Shown here piece by piece: positions 30,514-40,653 of a stretch of 64,000 nucleotides of DNA (position 1 is the first letter of the stretch; each line of letters starts with the position of its first letter). The stretch comes from Gammaproteobacteria bacterium (GTDB lineage Bacteria; Pseudomonadota; Gammaproteobacteria; Eutrophobiales; Eutrophobiaceae). The position numbers and the translations under genes are program-made. The stretch spans positions 79,086 to 143,085 of the forward strand of contig JAURNW010000011.1 of NCBI GenBank assembly GCA_030829985.1, given 5' to 3'. The notes below the pieces were generated by a model. It saw nothing but the letters and a program-made list of their open reading frames with translations, did not search any database and had not been told where the DNA came from.

Positions 30514-30854
30514 TGTATTTGTAAACTTCTTACCTATAAATATATATTGGTCAATATATTTAGTATGAGAATATTAAGCAGGCTTTTACATACTTTTAAA
30601 TCTGACTTGGCAGTTATTTTTTTATACATACAGGCAAGAGAAGTTCGCACTAAAAAGCGACCTTAACCACAACCAAAGGCGCGTATCATCATACGATAAT
30701 TTTTAATATGTAAACTTCGCAAAACTTAGCCCATTTCTAATCATCCCGACTCAGCCACAGCCACTTCACTCAACCTCACAGTCAAATGACTTTCGCGCTG
30801 CATATTACTAATTTGAAATCCACACTGGTTGAGACCAAGCTAGTAAATAATTAC

Positions 30855-33113
30855 CTACATTTCTACCTGAAAACCAACATACCAGGTTCTTGGGGCGTCT
30901 GGACGTGGCCCGTGTGGTTGACGAGAAACAATGTACTCTTCTTCAAATAAATTCTGTATACCCGCAAATATTTGCAGATCTGTTTTAACGTCGTAATAGG
31001 CGGCAATATCAACAATTTTATAAGAATCAGTCTTACCAAAACGTGCATCAGCAGCACCAAGCCCGTTCACTTCAGCGCTAGCGTTATTTGCACTGGTAAA
31101 CGTTTCATCTACAAAACTGGCCCTGACAGAAGCACCCCACCGAGAAAACTTAACAGCACTACCCACAGTCACCTGATACTCCGGAATATAAGGTACTTTG
31201 TTGCCTGCACTACCAAAACTAAATATGGACTCAGCGTCCGTTGAGCTTGAATTGTTTTGCTGTTCGGCTTCAGTATAGGTGAACGCAACTGAGTATGGAT
31301 TGCTAAAAGACCAATCTTTCGCCAAGCCTAAATCAAACTGTCCGGATAATTCGAGACCCAAGGACTCAACTTCACCAAAGTTTTCGTCATTGCCAGTACC
31401 CGTACCACCGATATTATTAACCACGATTAAATCTTCAAACTCGGTAAAGAAACCAACTGCTTCTGCTGTAAGGACTTGGTTACTACTGGCATATCGAAGT
31501 CCAATCTCATAGCTGGTACTGGTCTCTTCTTCAAGGTTATTGTTTATAGCACCACCCGGTGAAGGAGGTGAAAAACCAAAGTGAATGCCACCGAAGGCTT
31601 GCAATTCACTAGTAATGTTATAGCCGATACCGATACCACCACCCAACATGTCCAGATCATTATCTCTAGTTGTTCCCGCATTATAATCAACGCGTTCTAG
31701 ATCGAGATATTCATAGCGAATACCCGGAGTAAACCACCAATCACCGAGTTCAACTCGATCTTCCAAATAGAACGCCAATGCGGTTACTTCATCTTCTCTA
31801 TCAGCCTGCGAACCGAGTGTGCCATATGTAACACTGGTAATTGCTCCTGTTGCATCTTGATTGTAAACATCATCTTGTTGGAAACGATCCTCCTGATCTC
31901 GATGATAACGAACACCTAAAGTCAGCTCGTGCTTTAACACAGAAGTATCAAAACGAAGATTCGCTTCACTTTGTATTCCGGTTGAATAATATTCACGATT
32001 ATTAGCTCGTACACGTAGGCCACAAGCTAGATTCCCTTGCAGGCATTGTAATCCAGCACCGTTTTGGTTTCCCGCTAAGGCAGCAGACAAACTATCATTA
32101 GCCGCTAAGCCGCCAGCAGCGGCACGAATATCATTTAATTTGTACCAATTACGGGCAAACTTGTTGTAGTAAGCCGTTGTAACCAAATCAAAATTTTCTG
32201 TCGGTGAAATAAAATAGCGTAGGTAGCTACGATGTTGCTCGCGTTCGATTTTGTCGAAACGAGATGCTGAATAACGCCTGTCAGGATCGGCGCGAAAATC
32301 TGCAGTGCTTAACCCCAGGTATGTCTCGTCTGCCTCAGAATCTGTAAAACCATATTTAACTTCGAAGCGTTGATATATCTCTGTTGAAGGCTCCCATGCA
32401 AGTTTGATCATAGGTTCAATATTTTGAAAACCAGTATCGTCCCTGTCGTTAAAACCGGGAGCGGCATCAATGGTTTTAAAACCATCGACGCCTCTGAAGT
32501 AACCTTCAAATATAAAACTAAATCGACCCACCGCAGTCTCCAAAGCATTGCCATGAAACGCGTGTGTACGGTATTCGTTGTCTTCGCCATACTGCGCTCG
32601 TAAGAACGTACGTTGGTCAGACGGTATTGGTGTGGACAGGTAATTGATCGCACCACCCGTTGTATGTGGTCCATATTTAATTTGACTACTTCCTTTTAAA
32701 ACTTCGAGGCCACTCATACGACCAGTCGTTGGAGAATAATAAGCTGAAGGCGCTGCATAAGGTGCAGGAGCAGCGAGGACACCATCTTCCATGAGTGTTA
32801 CTTTTGCACTACGTGTGGTATCAACCCCTCGCAAACTAATGTTAGGAAATAAACCATAGCCACCTTCTTCACGAATATAGACACCAGGTACCTGACGGAG
32901 AGTACGGTTGATATCATCATAGGAAAATTCTCTAATTGATTCATAATCGATGTAATGCGCTGAACCGGGGATAGTATATACAGCAGATGGATCACCGATG
33001 ATACTTACCTGAGATAATATTTCAGTTTCTTCTGCCATTACCAACAATTGAGAAGCTGAACATAAAATAGTGACCACCAAACTATTACGAAATGGCGTAT
33101 TAAAAAAGTTCAT
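30855..33113 (-). CDS. TonB-dependent outer-membrane receptor (iron-regulated)
   Basis: Signal peptide, TonB box ETEILSQVSIIG, plug and a 22-strand barrel of 752 aa. A Fur box lies in its upstream region. It sits between the fbp transporter and bfd/bfr. Confidence 0.9.
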   Translation of the reverse strand: MNFFNTPFRNSLVVTILCSASQLLVMAEETEILSQVSIIGDPSAVYTIPGSAHYIDYESIREFSYDDINRTLRQVPGVYIREEGGYGLFPNISLRGVDTTRSAKVTLMEDGVLAAPAPYAAPSAYYSPTTGRMSGLEVLKGSSQIKYGPHTTGGAINYLSTPIPSDQRTFLRAQYGEDNEYRTHAFHGNALETAVGRFSFIFEGYFRGVDGFKTIDAAPGFNDRDDTGFQNIEPMIKLAWEPSTEIYQRFEVKYGFTDSEADETYLGLSTADFRADPDRRYSASRFDKIEREQHRSYLRYFISPTENFDLVTTAYYNKFARNWYKLNDIRAAAGGLAANDSLSAALAGNQNGAGLQCLQGNLACGLRVRANNREYYSTGIQSEANLRFDTSVLKHELTLGVRYHRDQEDRFQQDDVYNQDATGAITSVTYGTLGSQADREDEVTALAFYLEDRVELGDWWFTPGIRYEYLDLERVDYNAGTTRDNDLDMLGGGIGIGYNITSELQAFGGIHFGFSPPSPGGAINNNLEEETSTSYEIGLRYASSNQVLTAEAVGFFTEFEDLIVVNNIGGTGTGNDENFGEVESLGLELSGQFDLGLAKDWSFSNPYSVAFTYTEAEQQNNSSSTDAESIFSFGSAGNKVPYIPEYQVTVGSAVKFSRWGASVRASFVDETFTSANNASAEVNGLGAADARFGKTDSYKIVDIAAYYDVKTDLQIFAGIQNLFEEEYIVSRQPHGPRPDAPRTWYVGFQVEM

Positions 33114-33176
33114 ATATATTCCCCAAAAAAGATTATTGCGTGTAATTACCCGGCTTAGTTACAAATCTACATAAAA

Positions 33177-33195
33177 GTAATGAGAATCATTAACA
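33177..33195. promoter_or_regulatory. Fur box upstream of the TonB-dependent receptor gene
   Basis: GTAATGAGAATCATTAACA matches the 19-bp Fur consensus GATAATGATAATCATTATC at about 15 of 19 positions. It lies 65-80 bp upstream of the receptor start. Confidence 0.6.
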
Positions 33196-33249
33196 TTTAA
33201 AGGCTGTGACTATTTTAAAAAATTAAACAGTTAAGGAATTAAATGTGCT

Positions 33250-33447
33250 CTAAATACTGAAAGGATTAGCAGAATGCATTTGCGATTCCATCGCGCGATC
33301 CAAACACGCAGTGGCATCGCAGATACAAGAGCCACACTGATTGCTCACACCCAGACTTGTTTCCAAGTGATGTAAACAATTTGCACCGTTTTTTACGGCT
33401 TTCTTTATGTCCGTTTCGGTTACCGCATTACAAACACAGATATACAT
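33250..33447 (-). CDS. bfd: bacterioferritin-associated ferredoxin
   Basis: 65-aa protein MYICVCNAVTETDI... with four Cys in a [2Fe-2S] Bfd-like arrangement. Adjacent to bfr. Confidence 0.85.
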   Translation of the reverse strand: MYICVCNAVTETDIKKAVKNGANCLHHLETSLGVSNQCGSCICDATACLDRAMESQMHSANPFSI

Positions 33448-33496
33448 GGTCAGTTCTCAATAGCTTCTTTCATAACTTTTAATAGTAATTGTAGTA

Positions 33497-33515
33497 GTAA
33501 TGAGAATTGTTATCA
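33497..33515. promoter_or_regulatory. Fur-box-like site upstream of bfd
   Basis: GTAATGAGAATTGTTATCA matches the Fur consensus at about 13 of 19 positions. Its first 11 nt are identical to the receptor-associated site. Confidence 0.45.
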
Positions 33516-33568
33516 AGTATGAATTAATAAAAAACCCTTCTCTAATTAAAGCAAGGGTTTTCAGTAAC

Positions 33569-34033
33569 TTACATTTTTGACTGTAGGTAGTTTTCCAATC
33601 CGACCTTGGAAATCAGCCCTAATTGAGTTTCTAGCCAGTCGACATGTTCCTCTTCGCTTTCCAAAATTTCTTCAAATAATTCTCTGGAGATATAGTCCTG
33701 TATAGATTCGCAATACTTTATTGCGTCTTTCAAATCCGGAAGCGCATCCATCTCCAGCGCAAGATCCGCCTCAAGCATTTCTTCCGGGTTCTCCCCGATT
33801 CTGAGTTTCCCCAAATCCTGTAGATTAGGTAGGCCTTCCAGAAAAAGTACCCGTTCAATTAATTTATCCGCATGCTTCATTTCATCAATTGATTCTTCAT
33901 GCTCGTGTTCGGCAAGTTCTTTTAAGCCGGCATCTTTATACATGCGTGAATGCAAAAAATATTGGTTGATTGCAGTTAATTCATTTTTAAGTACTACGTT
34001 GAGATGTTTTATGACCTGCTTATCGCCTTGCAT
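33569..34033 (-). CDS. bfr: bacterioferritin
   Basis: [36 protein letters not shown] with ferroxidase-centre Glu/His residues. 154 aa. Confidence 0.9.
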   Translation of the reverse strand: MQGDKQVIKHLNVVLKNELTAINQYFLHSRMYKDAGLKELAEHEHEESIDEMKHADKLIERVLFLEGLPNLQDLGKLRIGENPEEMLEADLALEMDALPDLKDAIKYCESIQDYISRELFEEILESEEEHVDWLETQLGLISKVGLENYLQSKM

Positions 34034-34118
34034 AGAGCTTAGTCCTTTGTGGAAGAATAAGATTTTAATAATAGAGATAACGTTTAACTTGTCAATGTTT
34101 AAACCATTGATTTAAATT

Positions 34119-34137
34119 GATAATTATTACCATTTGC
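34119..34137. promoter_or_regulatory. Fur-box-like site in the bfr / lemA divergent intergenic region
   Basis: GATAATTATTACCATTTGC matches the Fur consensus at about 14 of 19 positions. Confidence 0.5.
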
Positions 34138-34217
34138 ATTAATTTATTGAGCAGATTTATTGCCGGGTATAAAGTCCCTGCTTTGGCATTAGCCCAACCA
34201 ACCTCAGGAGAAGTGTA

Positions 34218-34790
34218 ATGGACGTTTCCAGTATTATCTTTCTAGGTCTGCTAGCCGCATTAGTGATGTACATGGTCACACTTTATAATAATTTAGTGTC
34301 ACTAAAACATAATGTAGCCAAGGCCTGGTCAAACATTGATGTGCTATTGAAACAACGCCATGACGAATTGCCTAAACTGGTTGAGACATGCAAGCAATAC
34401 ATGGGCTTCGAACAGGAAACACTTGAAAAAGTTATGCAGGCACGTTCCGCAGTTGCCACTGCAAGAGAACGTGGAGATGTCTCATCATTAGGTCCGGCAG
34501 AAAGTCAGTTGAGGATGGGGCTTGGTAATTTATTCGCAGTGGCTGAGGCTTACCCTGAACTTAAGGCCAATGAAACCTTCAGCCATTTGCAACAACGAAT
34601 TTCAGGTCTGGAAGATTCCATAGCCGACCGGCGTGAATTTTACAATGAATCAGTCAACGCCAATAACGTTCGCATAGAACAATTTCCCGATGTCATCATC
34701 GCACGACTGATGGGATTTACGGCGCGGGATTTACTCGTATTTAGTGATGAAGAAATAAAGGATGTCGATGTAAAAGCACTGTTTGGTTAA
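34218..34790 (+). CDS. lemA: LemA-family membrane protein
   Basis: N-terminal TM helix followed by the conserved LemA core (YNNLVSLKHNVAKAWSNIDVLLKQRHDELPKLV...). Confidence 0.9.
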   Translation: MDVSSIIFLGLLAALVMYMVTLYNNLVSLKHNVAKAWSNIDVLLKQRHDELPKLVETCKQYMGFEQETLEKVMQARSAVATARERGDVSSLGPAESQLRMGLGNLFAVAEAYPELKANETFSHLQQRISGLEDSIADRREFYNESVNANNVRIEQFPDVIIARLMGFTARDLLVFSDEEIKDVDVKALFG

Positions 34791-34796
34791 AACAAC

Positions 34797-35756
34797 ATGT
34801 TCGATGTGTTTCCCGCGCTAAAGGAATGGGTACAACGGGCACCTGCCGATGATTTCTGGCTATGGGCAACTGGTCTTCTTATCGTTGCCATTATCAGCTT
34901 TTACTTTTCCTTTATGACACTGCATCGTAAACGCATTATCGAAGACACGCCTACCTCAAAAATACGTTCCGCGGCACAAGGCTATGTGGAGTTAGTAGGT
35001 TATGGCCAGTTGATGGACGGCCAACCTATCGTCGCACCGTTAACAGAAACAATTTGCACCTGGTATGACTATAAAATAGAAGAGTATCGACGATCTGGTA
35101 AACGTAGTTATTGGGCAACGATCAAAAGTGAGACGAGCACAGAACTGTTTCTTATTAAAGATGAAACAGGGCAATGTATCATCGATCCGGAAGGCGCACA
35201 TGTTACTGTTGTCAATAAAGAGACCTGGTACGGCGGTGAACCAAACCCAATGTGCAGACCGTTATCGGCCAAAACCAAAAAACCATTTCTCTCCAGGCTT
35301 GGTTGGAATCGACGTTATCGATATACAGAAAAACGTTTGCATAATGAGGAAAGTCTTTATGCCATAGGCCTCTATAAAACGGTCGGTGGGTCGGGAGCCA
35401 GGCTTGATGTAAACGAAGATGTGCGAGAATTAGTGCGCGAGTGGAAAGCAGATACTGAAGCATTAATGAAAAAGTTCGATACAAACAACGATGGTGAAAT
35501 AGACCTGGAAGAATGGCAACAAGTCAGAGATGAAGCATTCAAACAAGTATTGGAAAAACACGGTGAACAAAAAAACCTGCCACCCATAAATATCATGAAT
35601 AAAACGAATGATAAACGCCGACCCTTTATCCTGTCCGCTATAGAACAGGATGACCTGACTCAGCAATTACATATTTATTCTGTATTATCATTATCTCTGT
35701 TTATACTATGCGGCAGTCTTTCCACCTTGCTGATTAGTATTCGTCTTGCGGCTTAG
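34797..35756 (+). CDS. membrane protein with GIDE-like domain and a canonical EF-hand Ca2+-binding loop
   Basis: N- and C-terminal TM helices, a central roughly 150-aa domain (GYVELVGYGQL...TWYDYKIEEYRR...) resembling the GIDE family often found next to lemA, and the EF-hand loop DTNNDGEIDLEE. Confidence 0.5.
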   Translation: MFDVFPALKEWVQRAPADDFWLWATGLLIVAIISFYFSFMTLHRKRIIEDTPTSKIRSAAQGYVELVGYGQLMDGQPIVAPLTETICTWYDYKIEEYRRSGKRSYWATIKSETSTELFLIKDETGQCIIDPEGAHVTVVNKETWYGGEPNPMCRPLSAKTKKPFLSRLGWNRRYRYTEKRLHNEESLYAIGLYKTVGGSGARLDVNEDVRELVREWKADTEALMKKFDTNNDGEIDLEEWQQVRDEAFKQVLEKHGEQKNLPPINIMNKTNDKRRPFILSAIEQDDLTQQLHIYSVLSLSLFILCGSLSTLLISIRLAA

Positions 35757-35810
35757 GTCTTATTTACAAACTATCTTGAAATAATAATTATTAAACCAAT
35801 ATCGATTTAT

Positions 35811-37850
35811 ATGAAAAACCCACTAATACATACAGAAGGGCTTCCAGCCTTTGATTCGATTCAGGCATCACACCTTGAACCGGCCATCGATCAACTCTTA
35901 TCCGAAAACAGAGACACGGTTCGATCACTGTTAACGAACACAAAAGTTTACAGCTGGGATAATTTACTGCAAAACCTGGAAGACATGGATGACCGTCTAA
36001 ATCGCGCTTGGTCACCGGCCAGCCATCTGCATTCGGTTGCCGATAGTGATCAATTGCGTGAGGCATATAATGTCTGCCTTGAAAAACTCTCGGATTATTC
36101 AACCGAGATGGGGCAAAATGAAGACTTGTTTCATGCCTATGAACAGATTGCTGCGAGTGATGATTTTAAATCATTAACAGTTGCTCAACAAAAAATCATT
36201 ACTAATGCCTTACGTGACTTTCAGCTATCCGGTATTGCTCTCAATACCGAAGCTAAAGAGCGTTACAAGGTAATTCAACAAAAGCTATCAAAACTGCAAA
36301 CTCGTTTTGAAGAAAATTTGCTTGATGCAACACAAGCCTGGAAAAAGCTGATCACCAACCCTGATGAATTATCAGGACTACCAGAATCGTGTCTCTCCCT
36401 TGCCGCACAAACAGCAAAAAGCGCCGATAAAGAAGGTTGGTTATTCACACTCGAGTTCCCGTCCTATATGCCCGTGATGCAATACGCAGATAACGCTAAT
36501 TTGAGACGGGAAATTTATGAAGCTTACGTCACACGTGCATCTGATAAAGGCCCGAATGCGGGTGAATTTGATAACAGCACGATCATGGTTGAGATTCTTA
36601 AGTATCGAACTGAAAAAGCCAAACTACTTGGTTTTGAAAGCTATGCACATTATTCACTTGCTACAAAAATGGCGGATAACCCGGATGAAGTACTGGGATT
36701 TTTAAATGACCTGGCTGAACGTACAAACAAGTACGCAAAACAGGAATTTGAAGAATTAAAACAATTTGCAAAAGAAACTAAAAATCTATCCGAACTGGAG
36801 GCCTGGGACGTTGCTTACTACTCTGAGAAATTAAGGCAGAAAAAATTTGATATATCGCAAGAAGCATTGCGTCCTTATTTTCCGGCAGATCAAGTTATTC
36901 AAGGTTTATTTGCTATCACCAGTAAACTCTATGATGTCAATATTAAGCAACGTGAAGGTGTTCAGGTCTGGCACAAAGATGTGATGTTTTTTGATATTCT
37001 AAATCCTCAGGGAGACTTAAGGGGAAGCTTTTATCTTGATCTCTATGCCCGTCAACATAAACGGGGTGGGGCATGGATGGATGAATGTGTTGTTAGAAAA
37101 AAATCCGGTAATGGCATACAGAACCCGGTTGCCTATTTGACCTGTAACTTCACCCCACCAGTGACTGATAAACCAGCCCTGTTAACACATGATGAAGTTG
37201 TGACCTTATTTCATGAGTTTGGGCATGGCTTACATCACATGATGACGCGTGTTGAATATAGCGGCGCATCTGGAATTAATGGCGTGCCCTGGGATGCCGT
37301 AGAGCTCCCCAGTCAATTTATGGAAAACTGGTGCTGGGAAAAAGAAGCGCTCGATCTGTTTGCCCGGCATATCGATACCGGCGAACTTATAGATGATGAT
37401 TTATTTGAGAAAATGACTCGAGCCAGAACATTTCAGGCTGGAATGCAGATGGTAAGGCAACTGGAATTTGCCTTGTTTGACTATCGTTTACATATGGAAT
37501 TTGCCACAAACGAGTCGCTTGATATACAAGACTTACTCAACAAGGTTCGTGCAAATGTCGCTGTGACCAAGGCGCCTGAAATAAATCGTTTCCAACATAG
37601 CTTTGCCCATATCTTTGCCGGCGGCTATGCAGCCGGTTACTATAGCTATAAATGGGCTGAAGTTTTATCGGCTGATGCCTTTTCCAAATTCGAGGAAAGA
37701 GGTATCTTTGATAAAAAGACGGGAATAGAATTCCTGCAATCGATTCTTGAACAGGGAGGCAGTCGTGAGCCGATGGATCTATTTATTGAATTTCGTGGAC
37801 GCAAACCAAGTATTGAACCTTTACTGAGGCACTCTGGAATTACAGCATAA
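35811..37850 (+). CDS. prlC: oligopeptidase A (M3 family)
   Basis: HEFGHGLHHM zinc motif. 679 aa with M3A family architecture. Confidence 0.9.
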   Translation: MKNPLIHTEGLPAFDSIQASHLEPAIDQLLSENRDTVRSLLTNTKVYSWDNLLQNLEDMDDRLNRAWSPASHLHSVADSDQLREAYNVCLEKLSDYSTEMGQNEDLFHAYEQIAASDDFKSLTVAQQKIITNALRDFQLSGIALNTEAKERYKVIQQKLSKLQTRFEENLLDATQAWKKLITNPDELSGLPESCLSLAAQTAKSADKEGWLFTLEFPSYMPVMQYADNANLRREIYEAYVTRASDKGPNAGEFDNSTIMVEILKYRTEKAKLLGFESYAHYSLATKMADNPDEVLGFLNDLAERTNKYAKQEFEELKQFAKETKNLSELEAWDVAYYSEKLRQKKFDISQEALRPYFPADQVIQGLFAITSKLYDVNIKQREGVQVWHKDVMFFDILNPQGDLRGSFYLDLYARQHKRGGAWMDECVVRKKSGNGIQNPVAYLTCNFTPPVTDKPALLTHDEVVTLFHEFGHGLHHMMTRVEYSGASGINGVPWDAVELPSQFMENWCWEKEALDLFARHIDTGELIDDDLFEKMTRARTFQAGMQMVRQLEFALFDYRLHMEFATNESLDIQDLLNKVRANVAVTKAPEINRFQHSFAHIFAGGYAAGYYSYKWAEVLSADAFSKFEERGIFDKKTGIEFLQSILEQGGSREPMDLFIEFRGRKPSIEPLLRHSGITA

Positions 37851-37859
37851 GGATAAATA

Positions 37860-38576
37860 ATGCATAAGGTCATAATTAATTACATACTATTCAGCGTTTT
37901 ATTGATGCTGGCCGTCATGGTCAAGGCAGAAACCGTGTATGTGATCGATGAATTAAAAATTGGCCTGCATGAAGACAGGAGTATTGATAGTCCAATTATT
38001 AAACTCGTAACCAGTGGTTCCGAGTTGTCGGTCATTGAGCGAGATAATGAGTTAGTGCTTGTTCAGGGAAGTGATGGTATTCGTGGTTGGGTAAATAACA
38101 AATATATTGTTACTGAAAAGCCCGGGAAATCATATGTAGCTGAACTCGAAAAAAATAATACAGCCTTAAAAAAACAAATCGAATTATTAAAGACAACAAA
38201 CGATACGCCTACTGATAATACAGAGGCACAAAAAGTACTGGAACAACAGTTAAACTCGGAAAGATTGAAAGCAGGAGAACTTCAGGCTCAACTTGCCGAT
38301 CTCAGAACTAATATTGCTGACATCGATGATTCAGGAAAATTACTCAACGATATTGAGTCTTTAAAACAGGAGAATCAGCAATTGCTTGAACAGCTTGAGT
38401 CATCAGGCATTGAAGTCGTGATGGATTCAAACTCTTTGAGTCAAAATTCATTTTCAATTGGAAACTGGAAAAAAATTGGCATAACGCTACTTATTGTTTT
38501 TCTAATAGGTATAGCTGGTGGTATCTTTCTTCTCGACTTATATAATCGGCGTCGGCATGGTGGTTTTCGAGTTTGA
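37860..38576 (+). CDS. YgiM-like tail-anchored SH3-domain protein
   Basis: Signal peptide, bacterial SH3-like region (VYVIDELKIGLHEDRS...GIRGWVNNKYI), a long coiled coil (ELEKNNTALKKQIELLK...), and a C-terminal TM anchor. Confidence 0.55.
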   Translation: MHKVIINYILFSVLLMLAVMVKAETVYVIDELKIGLHEDRSIDSPIIKLVTSGSELSVIERDNELVLVQGSDGIRGWVNNKYIVTEKPGKSYVAELEKNNTALKKQIELLKTTNDTPTDNTEAQKVLEQQLNSERLKAGELQAQLADLRTNIADIDDSGKLLNDIESLKQENQQLLEQLESSGIEVVMDSNSLSQNSFSIGNWKKIGITLLIVFLIGIAGGIFLLDLYNRRRHGGFRV

Positions 38577-38623
38577 TTAGTTTTTTCTGTATTTAAATAA
38601 TTTAATTAAAACTTTTTATACCT

Positions 38624-39394
38624 GTGTTCAAAATTGCAACCTGGAATGTCAATTCGCTCAAAGTCAGGCTACCGCATGTTTTACACTGGCTTGAGACTGC
38701 AAAGCCTGACGTATTAGCTTTACAGGAAACCAAGACTGTTGATGAGAACTTTCCGGAAGAGGCCATCAAGGAAGTTGGTTATCACGTCAGTTATATTGGT
38801 CAAAAAACATATAATGGCGTTACGACCATCTGTAAGTCGCCGATTGAAACAATAGCAACCGCCATACCCGATTATCATGATGAACAACGTCGCGTATTGG
38901 CTGTTAATACAAATGAAGTAACTGTATTAAATCTCTATGTTCCAAATGGATCGGAGGTCGATTCAGAAAAATACCATTACAAACTGGAATGGTTTTCAAA
39001 GCTACAACCCTTTGTCAAGCAACTAAAATCCAAAAATGACCGTGTCATCATTCTCGGAGATTTTAATATTGCTCCAGAAGATCAAGACGTTCATGCACCT
39101 GATGAATGGATAGGGAGTGTGCTTGTTAGCCAACCCGAACGCGACGAATTTAACAAACTGATCAAACATGGGTTTAGTGATTGTTTCAGATTATTTGATC
39201 AACCGGAAAAGAGCTTCTCATGGTGGGATTATCGTGCAGCCGGGTTTAGACGGGATCGTGGTCTACGGATAGATCACATACTTGCTTCTGATGCATTAGT
39301 GGGGAGTTGCCGTGCATGTTACATCGATAAAGAGCCACGCAAACTTGAACGCCCATCAGATCACACCCCTGTAGTTGCAGAATTTGAATTTTAA
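38624..39394 (+). CDS. xthA: exodeoxyribonuclease III
   Basis: MFKIATWNVNSLKVRLPHVLHWL and C-terminal SDHTPV motifs of the ExoIII/APE family. Confidence 0.9.
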   Translation: MFKIATWNVNSLKVRLPHVLHWLETAKPDVLALQETKTVDENFPEEAIKEVGYHVSYIGQKTYNGVTTICKSPIETIATAIPDYHDEQRRVLAVNTNEVTVLNLYVPNGSEVDSEKYHYKLEWFSKLQPFVKQLKSKNDRVIILGDFNIAPEDQDVHAPDEWIGSVLVSQPERDEFNKLIKHGFSDCFRLFDQPEKSFSWWDYRAAGFRRDRGLRIDHILASDALVGSCRACYIDKEPRKLERPSDHTPVVAEFEF

Positions 39395-39595
39395 CCTGGT
39401 TGTTATCATTAATACCTGTTGAATTCACTGTGTTAAGAAGTCGTGTTTCTTGGTCAAATTCATGACACGACAGAATGAATATGGTCGAAATCATGAAAAA
39501 ACGGCAATCTTGCATGGAACAGGATTGCGAAACAGTTTGCTTTGTCTTAAACTCCCCGCCCCTGATTGACTATTAGACTATTAGAGTAAAACAAG

Positions 39596-39802
39596 ATGAA
39601 AGCAGACATACACCCAAGTTATGATGAAGTTGCCGTAAAATGTAGTTGTGGCAATACCTTCACAACCCGTTCTACACATACTGGTGAACTCTACCTTGAT
39701 GTTTGCTCTGAATGCCATCCATTCTATACCGGTAAGCAAAAAATGCTCGATACTGCCGGACGAGTTGATAAATTCCGCCGTAAATATGGCATGTCGAAAT
39801 GA
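39596..39802 (+). CDS. rpmE: 50S ribosomal protein L31
   Basis: [27 protein letters not shown]...[13 protein letters not shown] with a Zn-ribbon CxxC...CxxC. 68 aa. Confidence 0.9.
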   Translation: MKADIHPSYDEVAVKCSCGNTFTTRSTHTGELYLDVCSECHPFYTGKQKMLDTAGRVDKFRRKYGMSK

Positions 39803-40622
39803 TTTGAAGTTTAACGATCAAACTCAAAAAAACGCTCTTTACGGGCGTTTTTTTATACCTTTAATATTAGTCCTGATTTGCCAGCCAAGCTATGCAGATG
39901 ATCTTTCAAATCAATCTTGTGTAAGTACACACTTCGATGAAAAAGCCTATATTGATTATATCATTGATGGTGATACCGTTGTTTTAAAGGATAAAAGGCA
40001 CGTTCGATTGATAGGGATTAATACACCAGAAATAAGCCACAATGAAAAGCCCTCCGAAGCAGGTGCAATCAAGGCACGAATTGAACTTATAAAGCTGCTT
40101 CAAGACCAGTCACACATCCAGTTGTTATACGGACAAGAGCGCTACGATCGTCATGGCAGAACACTGGCTCATCTGTTCCTGAACGACGGCACCAATATAC
40201 AGGCTCAATTGCTCAAGTCCGGTCTCGCGATGCCACTAAGAATTCCGCCAAACCTGTTATATGCGGATTGTTATAATTTACTTGGCCAATTTGCTAAAGA
40301 ACGCGGCCATGGCCTATGGACCCGGTCTCGCTACAAAACTCGTGAAGTCTCGTCGCTCAACGGTAGTGAAAAAGGCTTTTATTTCATCAGGGGCAGGGTA
40401 AAACGAATATCAAAAAGCCAATCCGCAATTTGGCTCAATTTAAATAACAATGTGGCTATTAAAATATCGAGGAATGATTTAAATTATTTTAATAGAACTC
40501 AACTAGATTCATTGAAAGATAAAATTATCGAAGCCAGTGGATGGCTATATTCTCATAAAGGGCGATTACGAATGCGTCTTCGACACCAACTGGATTTAAA
40601 CCTTGCAAAAACACAAGATTGA
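39786..40622 (+). CDS. secreted thermonuclease (SNase-like) with C-terminal extension; start codon uncertain
   Basis: The SNase core ([12 protein letters not shown]...RLIGINTPE...[13 protein letters not shown]) is preceded by a signal-peptide-like segment [16 protein letters not shown]. The only in-frame ATG (39786) overlaps the last 17 nt of rpmE and reads through the rpmE terminator. A non-ATG start downstream is possible. Confidence 0.6.
   Translation: MACRNDLKFNDQTQKNALYGRFFIPLILVLICQPSYADDLSNQSCVSTHFDEKAYIDYIIDGDTVVLKDKRHVRLIGINTPEISHNEKPSEAGAIKARIELIKLLQDQSHIQLLYGQERYDRHGRTLAHLFLNDGTNIQAQLLKSGLAMPLRIPPNLLYADCYNLLGQFAKERGHGLWTRSRYKTREVSSLNGSEKGFYFIRGRVKRISKSQSAIWLNLNNNVAIKISRNDLNYFNRTQLDSLKDKIIEASGWLYSHKGRLRMRLRHQLDLNLAKTQD
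39832..39855 (+). terminator. rho-independent terminator downstream of rpmE
   Basis: Stem ACGCTC/GGGCGT (one G-U pair), loop TTTAC, followed by TTTTTTT. Confidence 0.6.
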
Positions 40623-40653
40623 ACTGACTTATAATACTGTCAGTCCTCGAATC

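Noticed and set aside
30462-30854. The 393-bp intergenic region between the TonB-dependent receptor and fbpA was scanned for a hidden small gene or RNA.
   Set aside because: Apart from the Fur-like site near fbpA, no ORF with an RBS, no strong hairpin/terminator and no repeat structure was evident.
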